Source: an uncultured Chloroflexia bacterium
GTDB lineage: Bacteria; Chloroflexota; Dehalococcoidia; GIF9; UBA5629
Direction: 5' to 3'
Assembly: GCA_963775935.1 (NCBI GenBank)
Contig: CAVZKR010000002.1
Location: 16,929-80,928, forward strand
Length of the DNA: 64,000 bases
Shown: piece after piece, positions 1-10,112 of the stretch
Position numbering within the stretch: position 1 is the first letter of the stretch
Layout: each line of letters begins with the position of its first letter
Made by a program: the position numbers and the translations under genes
The notes under the pieces: generated by a model
Database searches by the model: none
What the model saw: the letters and a program-made list of their open reading frames with translations, nothing else
Told to the model about the DNA's origin: nothing

Positions 1-122
1 ATCTTTCCATGTCTGACCTGTAATCTTCTAGTGCCATCTTTGTCTCCTTCTGAGTCATTAGTTATCAGCGTTGGGAAGGTGTGTGAGGACTGAAAACTTA
101 AGACAGTAAACTTAAAACTATT

Positions 123-1601
123 TTAAAAACACAGCTTTCCTGGATTCATCACATTATTCGGGTCGAAAATATTTTTTATATTCTTCAGAAGCTTTGTACT
201 CTGTTCATCACGCTTGAACGCCATTTCAGACCATATGCCATAAGGCCTGCTGAAGAATGCTCCATGATTGATGAGAGCCTCACTGGCTTTGATGTGAAGC
301 GCCTGAATCTTCGATATTTCATTCTCAGGAGCATAAGGCAGGTTGAATTCGCAATGGCAATTTACGCCTTGGTGTCGAGGCTGAAGGTAAACGCCTATAT
401 CAGAGACCGGGTATTTAGACACTTCTGCAGTGGCGGTCATTACTTTCAAGAAATCGGGAGTTTTATCCAGAGTGGTAATGAAAAAGATATCCTGGCAACC
501 GCCCTTGTAGGCGAGTTTCCAGTATGGCTCCCTTGAGGGTCTGAGTATTGTCTCTAATACCTGCACTCCTTTCGCGCCTGGCACCTCGGAAACCAGCTTC
601 AGCCCGAATTGTCTGGCAATTTCTGCTATATCCTTTTGCATGAAGTCGACTCTCTCTTTAGGCAGTTCAGTTCGTCCGGCGATACATAGTATAACCATCC
701 ATGGCGGAAGCTGTTTCTTTAGCTTTTCGATTTGACTGGCATTTTCTCCGAGCACATATGCCAGGTTTGTGCCGTTCATAATAAAAAGCTCATCTGCATA
801 TCTAAATCTCAAAAGTCGAGAGGTAAAATCAGTCAATTCCTCAAGTTTCTTCGCCGGAACGAAGAAAAGCTTGTGGATCACTGGCAGGACTTCGCACTTT
901 AGTGATGCCCAGGTAGCGATGCCTATACTCCCTTGTGCTGCGGAGAGGAACCGGTAAAAGTCTGTCTGCGCCGGACCAGTCGGGTCAACCGGCCATTTCT
1001 CCTTCTTGCATAGTTCTTCGATGACACCACCGCTTTCCGTTGATAGATAGCCGCCCGTACCGCCTGACAGGAATTTGTTGCCGTCTCCAAAGATAATTTC
1101 AAGGCAGCGTAAAGGATCGAGGGATGACCACTGGTAACGGCAATTCAGCCTTGGCTCTCTTTCCAGCAGGCTAGCAATAACCGATTTGTTTGCCCTTGGA
1201 AGCAGTGAAGTCGAAAGTTGCATTCCCTCTTTAGCAAGCACCGGCTGGAGTTCGCTGTACGTGACACCCGTCTCAATGATAGCCAGTCGGTTCCTGCGAC
1301 TAACTTTCATTATTTTCTTCATGCTGCTCAGATCTAAGATGACCGCTCCGGGAACACCCGGTATCGTGTCTCCATGAAAATGCGGCGGGCCTGAACTTAT
1401 GGGTACAAGCGGAGTCTTGGTATTATTTGCCTGTACGATTATCTTCTGAATGGTGTCTGCATCCTTCGGTTTAACCACAAACTCAGGTTTCATACCCGGG
1501 GCAAAACTATTGTCCTTTGAATATTCCTTCAGGGTTTCAATATCATCGAAAACGTTACTTTTATCAACCAATCCAATTAAATCATTCTTTTTATCAGCCA
1601 C
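123..1601 (-). CDS. FAD-binding oxidoreductase (FAD-linked oxidase, GlcD / alkyl-DHAP-synthase-like family)
   Basis: 492-aa ORF. It has an N-terminal FAD-binding PCMH-type region and the C-terminal motif ...FDPNNVMNPGKL typical of the GlcD / D-lactate dehydrogenase family. Confidence 0.8.
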   Translation of the reverse strand: MADKKNDLIGLVDKSNVFDDIETLKEYSKDNSFAPGMKPEFVVKPKDADTIQKIIVQANNTKTPLVPISSGPPHFHGDTIPGVPGAVILDLSSMKKIMKVSRRNRLAIIETGVTYSELQPVLAKEGMQLSTSLLPRANKSVIASLLEREPRLNCRYQWSSLDPLRCLEIIFGDGNKFLSGGTGGYLSTESGGVIEELCKKEKWPVDPTGPAQTDFYRFLSAAQGSIGIATWASLKCEVLPVIHKLFFVPAKKLEELTDFTSRLLRFRYADELFIMNGTNLAYVLGENASQIEKLKKQLPPWMVILCIAGRTELPKERVDFMQKDIAEIARQFGLKLVSEVPGAKGVQVLETILRPSREPYWKLAYKGGCQDIFFITTLDKTPDFLKVMTATAEVSKYPVSDIGVYLQPRHQGVNCHCEFNLPYAPENEISKIQALHIKASEALINHGAFFSRPYGIWSEMAFKRDEQSTKLLKNIKNIFDPNNVMNPGKLCF

Positions 1602-1770
1602 GATGAATCCCCCTTTCCATGTTTGACAGTAGCTAAATATCCCTGTTAGTCCTTGAACAGTATTCTTTCAACCCTCCCGTATCAAGTACAGGACAGGCTC
1701 TAATTCTCTCATTTTCATTCATCGGGCCTAGGGCAGCTCTTTACCTTTATTAATATTGTGTAAAACGTTT

Positions 1771-2514
1771 TTACCGAAGCTTAGACAAAGCGGCAGATGC
1801 CTGTTTGCGTACCTTCTCGCTCTCATCTCCCAGTGCTTTTTCGAGTGGTGAGATAGCCTCGCGACTGCCGAGAAAACCCAGAGAAGAAGCGGCAACCGTA
1901 CGAACCATCTCTGTTTTATCACTTAAAGCTTCTATCAACATCTTTACGACCTGTGTGTCCCCGATTAAACCAAGTGAAGAGGCTGCTACTGCGCGCAGAC
2001 ACTCATCTTTGTCTTTGAGTATTTTTATCAAAGGGAGAACTGCCTCTTTAGTACGGAGGTCGCCAAGCGTGATAACTGCATTACATCTGACCTGGTTGTT
2101 GGTGTTTTCTAATGCCCTGAGTAAGAGGGGAACAACACTATCACCGCCAATTCCTCCGATTATTTTTATCATCAGGGCGTGCAGTTCTATTTTCGCTTGG
2201 CCTTCGAAAAGGTCTTTGAGAGCGGGAATCGCTTTCTCATTCTTTACGTCGCCTAATGCTAAAATCGCTGCCCGTGCTACTTCTATGCTTTCTTCCCTTA
2301 GGGCATTAATAAGTGGTGGTAATACCTCATCCCCCGAAATTCTTCCTAAAGCGATGGCCGCACAGGCTCTCAGCCAGTCGATTTCACTCTTGTTTTCAAG
2401 AATCGCAGTTAATGGTTTTATGGCGTCTTGCTGCCCACTTTTGCCCAGTCCAATTATGGCAGAAGCGCGGATTCTGATGTCTTCATCGTTCAGGACATCA
2501 GTGGCAATTTGCAT
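1771..2514 (-). CDS. HEAT-repeat (PBS-lyase HEAT-like) protein
   Basis: 247-aa ORF built from about seven tandem ~30-aa units (…AAxALGxIGdxxAvxPLixaLxD…), the classical HEAT/PBS-lyase repeat signature. Confidence 0.7.
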   Translation of the reverse strand: MQIATDVLNDEDIRIRASAIIGLGKSGQQDAIKPLTAILENKSEIDWLRACAAIALGRISGDEVLPPLINALREESIEVARAAILALGDVKNEKAIPALKDLFEGQAKIELHALMIKIIGGIGGDSVVPLLLRALENTNNQVRCNAVITLGDLRTKEAVLPLIKILKDKDECLRAVAASSLGLIGDTQVVKMLIEALSDKTEMVRTVAASSLGFLGSREAISPLEKALGDESEKVRKQASAALSKLR

Positions 2515-3005
2515 TTTATATCCGATACCCGACTTGCTTACGTTAATCTACCCGTTTGAAATGGCCATTTCAAATTTAAAATTTATTATAGGTTTTTGCA
2601 ACCTTAGAAGAGGGATTATACCATTTTTTTAATGTGAGGTACAGCCTATACACCAAAGCACTTTAGTCAAGGGTTATGCCTCTTTTTTGGGTGGAAGAAT
2701 CCGAGGTACTATTATTGAAGCTAAATAAAGCTAGCTAATTTCCCTTTTTGTTTGTAAAATTCAGTAATGTATCCGATTATGATAGAAATCGAATTAGGGA
2801 AGACCTGCAGAAATATTGTGGATTGGATTCCGAGGCAATGTCCCTAATCATAAATGAACTCGAAGCTCTCTCTTGTTAGAATCTATTATATTTGTTTGTT
2901 CACTTTGCCTCATATGTCACATTAGTAATTTTTAGAAACTGCATGCTTGTTTTTGGCAGGTGTTTAGCGGCTGCTATTGACCTTCGCCTCACTACCATTT
3001 AGAAT

Positions 3006-3434
3006 TTGACTGTGATGTGGTTTAAATCCCAGTCGAAAACCGTGATCGGATACAGCATTTATGCTGCTGTCGGCACGCTGCTGGAAGTAATAATACTACT
3101 CGTCGTGATACTCTGGGTATTACCCCTCCTCAATGTTTATGTTCCCTGGTGGATACTGGTGATTTTGCTGGTGGTGGAGCTGGGAGTTTCCTGGTTCACC
3201 TATATCATGGGCAGGCGGGCACTCAGTAAACAGCTGATGTACGGACCGGAGGCTTTGATTGGTAGCGTGGGCGTAGTAGCCACGACGCTCAATCCTATGG
3301 GCTATGTGAGGGTGAGGGGCGAGCTTTGGAAAGCGTCCTGCCAATTAAAACTCGAGGTCGGTGATGAGGTGATGGTGATCAAAATGGAGGGAATGAAACT
3401 GGTGGTGCTTCCCGCTATCGACAAGAAGCTATAA
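3006..3434 (+). CDS. NfeD-like membrane protein (small membrane protein with a C-terminal OB-fold-like domain)
   Basis: 142 aa. Two hydrophobic helices at the N-terminus are followed by a soluble beta-rich C-terminus (…GYVRVRGELWKA…VMVIKMEGMKLVV), which resembles the short form of the NfeD family. Confidence 0.45.
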   Translation: MTVMWFKSQSKTVIGYSIYAAVGTLLEVIILLVVILWVLPLLNVYVPWWILVILLVVELGVSWFTYIMGRRALSKQLMYGPEALIGSVGVVATTLNPMGYVRVRGELWKASCQLKLEVGDEVMVIKMEGMKLVVLPAIDKKL

Positions 3435-3498
3435 AGGTGGCAATAAGGAGATGCTGGGAAAGTCTAAGCCACGTAAATCGTGGCGAGATAAGTTGGCC

Positions 3499-3966
3499 TT
3501 ATTTCTGCCTTTCCCGAAGCCGTGCTTCTCGTCTTGCCTGCGCCTTCTGATTACGCTGCTTTTCCTCTTCTGTTTCCAGGATAAGTGGTGGCACTTCTCT
3601 AGGTTTACCTGCTCTGTCCAGGGCAACGTAGGTAAGGTAAGCTGAAGCTGTATGTCGGGGTTCTCCTGTGAGCAAGTTTTCAGTTTCTACTCTCACGCCG
3701 ATTTCCATTGATTTTTTTCCTACGTAATTTAAGCTAGCTTTGCAGGTGACCAGGTCTCCAGGATAGACCGGTGAAATAAAATCCAGTCGGTCAATCGAAG
3801 CAGTAACGGCATTACTTCGGGCATGTCTCACTGCTACTACTCCAGCGGCAGTATCGATAAACTTCATGATAACGCCGCCATGGACATTACCTGCCATATT
3901 GACGTCTTGCGGGGTCATCATTTGTGACATAATGACAGCGCTTGCCTTAACTGTTTTTCCTTCCAT
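3499..3966 (-). CDS. Acyl-CoA thioesterase (hotdog fold, YciA-like)
   Basis: The motif …MTPQDVNMAGNVHGGVIMKFIDTAAG… is a typical hotdog thioesterase core. It is followed by a Lys/Arg-rich C-terminal tail. The likely start is MEGKTVKA at 3966; the ORF track's longer 3999 start is less likely. Confidence 0.75.
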   Translation of the reverse strand: MEGKTVKASAVIMSQMMTPQDVNMAGNVHGGVIMKFIDTAAGVVAVRHARSNAVTASIDRLDFISPVYPGDLVTCKASLNYVGKKSMEIGVRVETENLLTGEPRHTASAYLTYVALDRAGKPREVPPLILETEEEKQRNQKAQARREARLRERQK

Positions 3967-4159
3967 TGCTATACTCCTTATGACGCCGTATTCTAACATA
4001 AGGTGTTATGCCAACAAAAGGCAGTTGCTCTGATAAAGAATGAGGCACCGATGAGAGGTTTCTATAAAGCTGAACGAGTAAATGTCCAGGGGTAAGCAGT
4101 GACTGAAAGGGTCGGCATGGGGGCAGCTTGTACAAGCTGCCCCCATGCAACCTCCTGCT

Positions 4160-5570
4160 TTATTTCGCTTTATTACTGGTAGTCGGAATAATTACCTTGG
4201 GCTTGATTTGAATTCGGGCAAAGTCGGGCAGATAACCGTCCTTGATCGCTACCAGGACATACTGACCCAATGCATTGAATGTATGCATCAGTAATCCGTT
4301 ATTATCGGTGGAACCGATATAGGCGCCCCTGGCAGTTACTGCTGCGGTGAATTTCTCTTTCGCAGTAGTATCAGCAGCAGACGGGTCTACCTTGAAGATA
4401 GCACCGCTGATTTCGTCAATTTCCTCCAGCCTCAAGGCAAAAAGTTTCGCCTGGGCTACTGCGTCACCGCTGGTTCTCTCTCTCACGTAGATAGGCACTG
4501 ATCCTCCGACGATCGCTTCGCCTGGTACTTTCATCAACAGAGCTTTTTGACCTGCTGGAACGATGGTAGTGCGGGCAAATCCTGGCATATATCCGGTTTT
4601 CACTGCAACCAGCAGATAGTGTCCTGTTTTTTCGAATGTATAAACCAAATGCGCATTCTCATTGGTATAGCCCAGGAAAATGCCTTTCGCTTTGACATCA
4701 GCTGCTTGTTTCTCTAACTCAGCAAGAGAGGCAGCTTCGGATTTCAGAATTGATTCTAGTGGTGCCGTGCTGGTATATTCGCCTATCCTCAGAGCATAGA
4801 CACCAGCCTGGGGTACCGGTCCTGAAGTATTCCTCTCGTATGTTACGATGGTGACAGGTTTACCCGCTTCAGCTTTCTCAGGCACTTTTATGCCTATGGT
4901 TTTCTGGTCAGCAAGGACAATGCTTATCCGGGCGAAACCAGGTTGATAATTATCTTTGACTGCAGCCAGAGCATAGCGTCCTATCTTATCGAAGCTGGGT
5001 ATTACCTGTCCCTTATCATCGGTATAACCGAGGAAAATACCCTTCCCCTTCACTGTCTCGGCGTTTATCGAGGCATCGAGGACAGCAGGTTCGGGAGTAG
5101 TAATTAAAGTCGTCGGTTTTTCGGCAGGTACGGCTACCGGAGTGATCAGGTCACCCAGTCTCAAAGCATAAACACCAGCTTTCGGTACTGTTTGGTTGCC
5201 GCTGCTTCCGAACACCGTGATAGTGACTGGCTGGTTAACTTCAGCCTTGCCAGGTGCTTTAATGCCCAGAGCTTTTTGCTGGGAAGTGGTAATACTTATC
5301 CTGGCAAAGCCGGGAGCATAATCGTCCTTAATCGCTGCCAGCGCATAATTGCTTGCCTCATCGAATGTGCAAGTTAACTCACCTTTATCATCAGTGTAAC
5401 CCAGGAGGATGCCCTTTTTCTGTACCTCATCTACATTCTGAAATTCTTTGGTAATTTCGACTGGTTCGGCTTTGGTAACTTTAGCGTCGGTTAACAGGCG
5501 TTCTGCCTGATCGTTTGAATATGCTGATAATTCTATCGAAAATGCTGGCAGTGGTGGGTTTCGCTTTAGG
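4160..5570 (-). CDS. Repetitive secreted/cell-surface protein, C-terminal part (3-4 further ~115-aa repeats). It is probably the same gene as 5481..6248, interrupted by a frameshift.
   Basis: The reading frame stays open upstream of the annotated Met (5215) back to a TAG at about 5571. The extension still encodes repeat sequence (…KGILLGYTDDKGELTCTFDEASNYALAAIKDDYAPGFARISI…) and overlaps the 3' end of 5481..6248 in a different frame. No ATG, GTG or TTG lies in the extension. Confidence 0.5.
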
Positions 5571-6248
5571 TAAACTGATGGTGCCTATTTTTCGGGCGTA
5601 GACAGCAACCTTGGCCACTGGTTCGTTGCTCGACCGCTCGAATACTGCCATAGCCACCGGATTACCCACTTCAGCCGAGCCTGGCGCCTTGAGGTATAAT
5701 CCTTTGGTATTTGATAACGTAACGGCGATACGGGAGAAAGCCGGAAAATGACTCGCTTTGAATGCGACCAATATGTAGCGTCCTGTGTCAGTAAATTTAC
5801 AGCTCACACTGCCTTCAGAATTCGTTACACCAAGGAAGATGCCCTGTGCATCAACTAAAGCTGCATAATCAGCAGTGGAAGTAGTATAATTTTGCTGGTC
5901 AGTCGTGCTAGCCATCTTGTCGGTCTTCAGCGCGTACACCTCAGCACCTGCAACCGGTTGATGGTTGTACCTGTTGAAGACGGTGATGGTTACCGGCTGA
6001 CCTACCTCCCCTTTATCCGGCGCTTTCATCGTGAGAGCCGGTCGAGCCACGAGCTGCGGCGTCACTTCTTTTTCTGAATCAGCCATGACTGCGGTAGCGC
6101 CGGGTAGAATCATAGCCAGTGATATCAGTGTTGAGAGAAAAATAAGAACTAATTTTTTCAAGGTAGAGACCTCCTTTTTCTGTTGTCCTTTCTGCTTACT
6201 AATTACCCCTCCTGAGCAATCAGCTATCCATTTCTTCCTCCTTAACAC
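5481..6248 (-). CDS. Repetitive secreted/cell-surface protein, N-terminal part (signal peptide or TM anchor plus ~115-aa beta-rich repeats, PEGA / carboxypeptidase-regulatory-like)
   Basis: An N-terminal hydrophobic segment (LVLIFLSTLISLAMILPGATAVMA) is followed by two copies of the same ~115-aa repeat seen in the downstream ORF. It stops at 5481 while the downstream ORF continues in another frame. Confidence 0.55.
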   Translation of the reverse strand: MLRRKKWIADCSGGVISKQKGQQKKEVSTLKKLVLIFLSTLISLAMILPGATAVMADSEKEVTPQLVARPALTMKAPDKGEVGQPVTITVFNRYNHQPVAGAEVYALKTDKMASTTDQQNYTTSTADYAALVDAQGIFLGVTNSEGSVSCKFTDTGRYILVAFKASHFPAFSRIAVTLSNTKGLYLKAPGSAEVGNPVAMAVFERSSNEPVAKVAVYARKIGTISLPKAKPTTASIFDRIISIFKRSGRTPVNRR

Positions 6249-6544
6249 ATTGGTACAGGTAAAACGGTGGACAAGCTAAAAGGTTTAGGAGGTCTGGCTT
6301 AAGAGGATTTCAGGACAGTATTACGGGTGTCTCGCAACGAACGAGCACGCGGCGAGGCCACAGTGATGGCGTGGTACTGCAATAACTATAATTGGCAGGT
6401 GGTGTAAAAAATAGCCTGTTGTTTCAGGAAATCTCGATGAACATGGAGCTATCAATACGGTTATCTACGACGACAAAAGGCTCCCATGATGTCAATTATC
6501 AAGATTGACTCTTTTCCGATTGGGAAGATGGCTCGTTTGAGGAC

Positions 6545-7030
6545 TTATGGGTGCAGTGTCTTCGGATATGGCGGAGTGGGAATATTAGCAAGTTTAAGTC
6601 CCTTATCTCTCAACTTCTTCAGGCGCAAAAAGAGTTGCTCGCGGTCTTCTTCTGTGATGGTCGCAATTATCCGTCGCATATATACTCTTTTCATAGCCTG
6701 GGTAAGAGCTTTTTGTCCCTTCGGTGTAATAGTAACTCTCACCATATTCTTTTTGGGCAAACTCTTGCTTTTAGTTATCAACCCATCTTTTTCCATTCTC
6801 TCCAGGAGACCGGAGACGGTATGCGATTTCCTTAATATCCAGCGTGCTATTTCGGCGGGTGTAGCCTCGCTGCCGATATTCTTGACAGCAAAAAGGACCA
6901 GCGCTTTCATTGGGGAAATACCGTATTTCGCCAGTTCCTTTTCCCTGGCAGCAAAGACTGAAGCTTGCGCCTGATCCAGCATGATACACAATCTGTATTC
7001 TGCTTCGTAAGGGTATTCTATTTTTTTCAT
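6545..7030 (-). CDS. MarR-family transcriptional regulator
   Basis: Winged-helix MarR signature (…SPMKALVLFAVKNIGSEATPAEIARWILRKSHTVSGLLERMEKDGLITK…). The start is taken at MKKIEY (7030), preceded by a G-rich ribosome-binding site. Confidence 0.8.
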   Translation of the reverse strand: MKKIEYPYEAEYRLCIMLDQAQASVFAAREKELAKYGISPMKALVLFAVKNIGSEATPAEIARWILRKSHTVSGLLERMEKDGLITKSKSLPKKNMVRVTITPKGQKALTQAMKRVYMRRIIATITEEDREQLFLRLKKLRDKGLKLANIPTPPYPKTLHP

Positions 7031-7071
7031 GTTTACGCCCCCACTATAGTCGTTTACAACTTTCTTAAATG

Positions 7072-7087
7072 TTACTCTGCTAAGTAA
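7072..7087. promoter_or_regulatory. Candidate MarR operator: palindrome TTACT-N6-AGTAA
   Basis: A perfect 5-6-5 inverted repeat (ttactctgctaagtaa) lies about 40 bp upstream of the marR start, in the divergent marR / CoA-transferase intergenic region. Confidence 0.25.
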
Positions 7088-7262
7088 AACGTAACACCAC
7101 TTATCATTATTGCAAAACTTTATCAAGATTTCAATAGGGTCTCTTGTGAACAAGGCATTTCGAACCTTTCTTTGTCTGATTTCGCGATTATGTTAGACTG
7201 TAGGGCGGGTGAAATACAAAGGAAAAACGTGGTAACCAAAATTTAAAATGACGAGGTGATAT

Positions 7263-8456
7263 ATGGCTGGTCCGTTACAGGGAATAAGAGTTCTTGATTT
7301 AACTCAGGTATTGTTCGGTCCATTTTCCACAATGATATTGAGTGACCTGGGCGCCGAGGTTATCAAGATTGAGAGGCCGGAGGCAGGTGATATCGCCCGT
7401 GGGAATGGTCCCTTTGTGCGGGAAATAAGCACCTATTTTCTCAGCCTCAATCGTGGTAAGAAAAGTATGACGCTGGATTTATCACAGGAAAAAGGCAGGG
7501 AGCTATTTCTCAAGCTGGTGGAAAAAGTTGATGTACTGGTAGAGAATTATGTACCGGGAACGATGGAAAAGTTTCGCCTTGACTATGAAACGGTGCAGTC
7601 GCGTAATCCCGGGATTATCTATGTCGCTGGCTCTGGTTTCGGTCAATATGGTCCTTATGCTCAGAAACCTTCCTTTGATGTTATTGTTCAGGCGATGGGT
7701 GGAGTACTCAGTATTACCGGTGAGCCTGGCCGTCCGCCGGTCAGACCTGGCGTATCCTATGGGGATATCAGTGCCGGGTTATTCCTGTGTATTGCCACCC
7801 TGGCGGCTTTACAGGAGCGCCACAAAAGTGGCAAGGGGCAGTTTGTGGATATCAGTATGCTGGATTGCCAGGTGACCGTACAGGAAAACGCCTTTGTTCG
7901 CTATCTCAATACCGGGGAGATACCTCAACCTCTGGGCACACGGCATCCAGTGATTACACCGTTCCAGGTTTTTCCCAGCAAAGATGGCTATATTGCGGTG
8001 GCTTTGAGGGGTGGTATTAAGAATCAATGGCCTTTGTTCTGCGCTGCTATTAATCGCCTTGACATCATGGATGATCCCAGGTTCGAGACTGGCTGGCTGC
8101 GCACACAGAACTATGAGGTGCTGGAGCCGATCTTAAACGAGGCAATGAAAGCCAGGACAACACGAGAATGGATTGAACAGCTGGAGCAGATGGGCATTCC
8201 CTGTGGTCCTGTCAATAAGATTAATGAGGTGGCGAATGACCCGCAGATTAAAGCAAGGGACATGCTTATTGAGGTGCAACATCCTGAAGCCGGTATGTTT
8301 AAAGTAGTGAACACACCCTTTAAATTCTCCAGGACACCATATAAAGCGGAACGTGCCGCCCCTGATTTGGGAGAGCACACTCAGGATATTCTCGTCAACC
8401 TTCTGGGTATGCATCAGCAAGAAGTTGAGGAATTAAGAAAGCTGCATATTATTTAG
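7263..8456 (+). CDS. Family III CoA-transferase (CaiB/BaiF/Frc family)
   Basis: The N-terminus MAGPLQGIRVLDLTQVLFGPFSTMILSDLGAEVIKIERP is the canonical family III CoA-transferase start. 397 aa. Confidence 0.85.
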   Translation: MAGPLQGIRVLDLTQVLFGPFSTMILSDLGAEVIKIERPEAGDIARGNGPFVREISTYFLSLNRGKKSMTLDLSQEKGRELFLKLVEKVDVLVENYVPGTMEKFRLDYETVQSRNPGIIYVAGSGFGQYGPYAQKPSFDVIVQAMGGVLSITGEPGRPPVRPGVSYGDISAGLFLCIATLAALQERHKSGKGQFVDISMLDCQVTVQENAFVRYLNTGEIPQPLGTRHPVITPFQVFPSKDGYIAVALRGGIKNQWPLFCAAINRLDIMDDPRFETGWLRTQNYEVLEPILNEAMKARTTREWIEQLEQMGIPCGPVNKINEVANDPQIKARDMLIEVQHPEAGMFKVVNTPFKFSRTPYKAERAAPDLGEHTQDILVNLLGMHQQEVEELRKLHII

Positions 8457-8623
8457 TGCCAGCAGAACTCTGGACATTTCTTCCTGGTGGCTTATGAGCT
8501 TCTCCTCTATAGCCGGAATCTCTATATAGGGGCAGAGTGTACCACGTCAAGAGATAGCCCTTGCATACTACTGAACATGGTATAATGGGAAAATTTTGTT
8601 GAGAAACTAACTACCGATTTATT

Positions 8624-9883
8624 ATGGCTGATAAAGAATTAAATCCATTCCGAGAGATTAAACCGCGATTCTTTTATGGTTATATCGTGGTTGTCCTTTG
8701 CTTCTTGATTATGCTGGTTTCGTTCGGGCTGATGGATAGCTTCGGCGTCTTTGTGAAGCCGTTGCTTAACGAGTTTGGCTGGACCAGGGCGACGACTTCG
8801 GCTGCTTATTCACTGTCCTTCCTGATATTCGGCTTTGTAGGTATTGCCATCGGGGCATTGACTGATAGGTTCGGTCCCAGGGTGATATTAACCGCGTGTG
8901 GTCTATGCCTGGGTATGGGCTATTTGCTCATGTCACAGGTTAACTCTCTGTGGCAGCTCTATCTGTTCGAAGGGATTATTATCGGCATTGGCATGAGTGC
9001 GCTTTACGCCCCTATCTTATCACTTATCGCCAGGTGGTTTATCCAGAGAAGGGGATTGATGACGGGCATCGTCTTAGCCGGTCTGGGCATTGGGCAACTT
9101 GTGGCACCACCGGTGATTAGCCGCCTTATCTTTACCTATGATTGGAGGATTACCTACATCTGTCTGGGGATCGCCGTTTTACTGGTTGTGGTAATCGCTA
9201 CTCAGTTTCTGAAACGTGACCCGTCTGTGATCGGGCAGTTGCCCTATGGCGCAGATGTAAATAAACAACAGGTGATGGAATCAGGTGATAAGTCCTATTC
9301 TTTGAGGGAAGCAGCTTCCACTATACAATTCTGGGTACTTGTCGGTTTGAAATTCTGCTACGGCTACTATATGTTCTCTATCGTAATACATATTGTACCG
9401 CATGCCACTGATCTGGGAATCTCATCAGTCAACGCTGCCAACATTCTGGCTATTAGTGGCGTGGCGATAGTCATTGGCAGTTTTGGACTGGGGAGATTGG
9501 GCGATAAAATCGGTCCCAGACGGGTTTTTATTATTTGTTTTATTGTGGCAATAGCATCTTTGTTATGGCTCATGATAGCCAGGGAATTGTGGATGCTTTA
9601 TCTTTTTGCCATTTTCATTGGTCTGGCTAACGGCGGTAACGTCGCATCAGATTCCCCTCTGGTAGCCAGGCTTTTTGGTCTCAAATCGATGGGTTCCATT
9701 GTGGGGATCTCTTCCTGTGCCTTTTCCATTGGAGCAGCTCTCGGTCCAATTATTACGGGATACGTATTTGATTCAACTGGTAGCTATCAGCAGGCTTTTA
9801 TTATATGTGTTGCCTTCAGTGTCCTCGGGATCGTCATGGCCGCAATAATGAGGCCAACTAAAAAGCTGCAGAATAAAGTCTAG
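8624..9883 (+). CDS. MFS transporter, oxalate:formate-antiporter (OFA)-like family
   Basis: 12 predicted transmembrane helices with a …TDRFGPRV… motif after TM2. It is paralogous to 10113..11354 and 47289..48542. Confidence 0.8.
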   Translation: MADKELNPFREIKPRFFYGYIVVVLCFLIMLVSFGLMDSFGVFVKPLLNEFGWTRATTSAAYSLSFLIFGFVGIAIGALTDRFGPRVILTACGLCLGMGYLLMSQVNSLWQLYLFEGIIIGIGMSALYAPILSLIARWFIQRRGLMTGIVLAGLGIGQLVAPPVISRLIFTYDWRITYICLGIAVLLVVVIATQFLKRDPSVIGQLPYGADVNKQQVMESGDKSYSLREAASTIQFWVLVGLKFCYGYYMFSIVIHIVPHATDLGISSVNAANILAISGVAIVIGSFGLGRLGDKIGPRRVFIICFIVAIASLLWLMIARELWMLYLFAIFIGLANGGNVASDSPLVARLFGLKSMGSIVGISSCAFSIGAALGPIITGYVFDSTGSYQQAFIICVAFSVLGIVMAAIMRPTKKLQNKV

Positions 9884-10112
9884 TTTAGTAACTCCTGCCC
9901 TAAACATATATACTGAACCGCCCTCAATAATTATATTACTTCTTAAATCAGTCTAATGAACATAATAACCTCAGGAGCAGAAGCCTTGTCTTAACGGGGA
10001 TTAGCGTGTGGCTTTGAGAGTAGGCAATAAATAACATTAACATAGAGATGGTTTGTATGGTCAAACGGAATAATTGTTGAGGACATGTAGAGATGGATTC
10101 TTTATGTTTACT

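Noticed and set aside
264-536. Numerous 60-110-aa ORFs lying antisense to or nested within the large genes, for example 264..536, 1805..2632, 31651..32226, 35418..35930 and 50259..50759.
   Set aside because: They overlap well-supported longer CDSs on the opposite strand or in another frame. They have low-complexity or atypical composition and show no recognisable domains, so they are treated as spurious.
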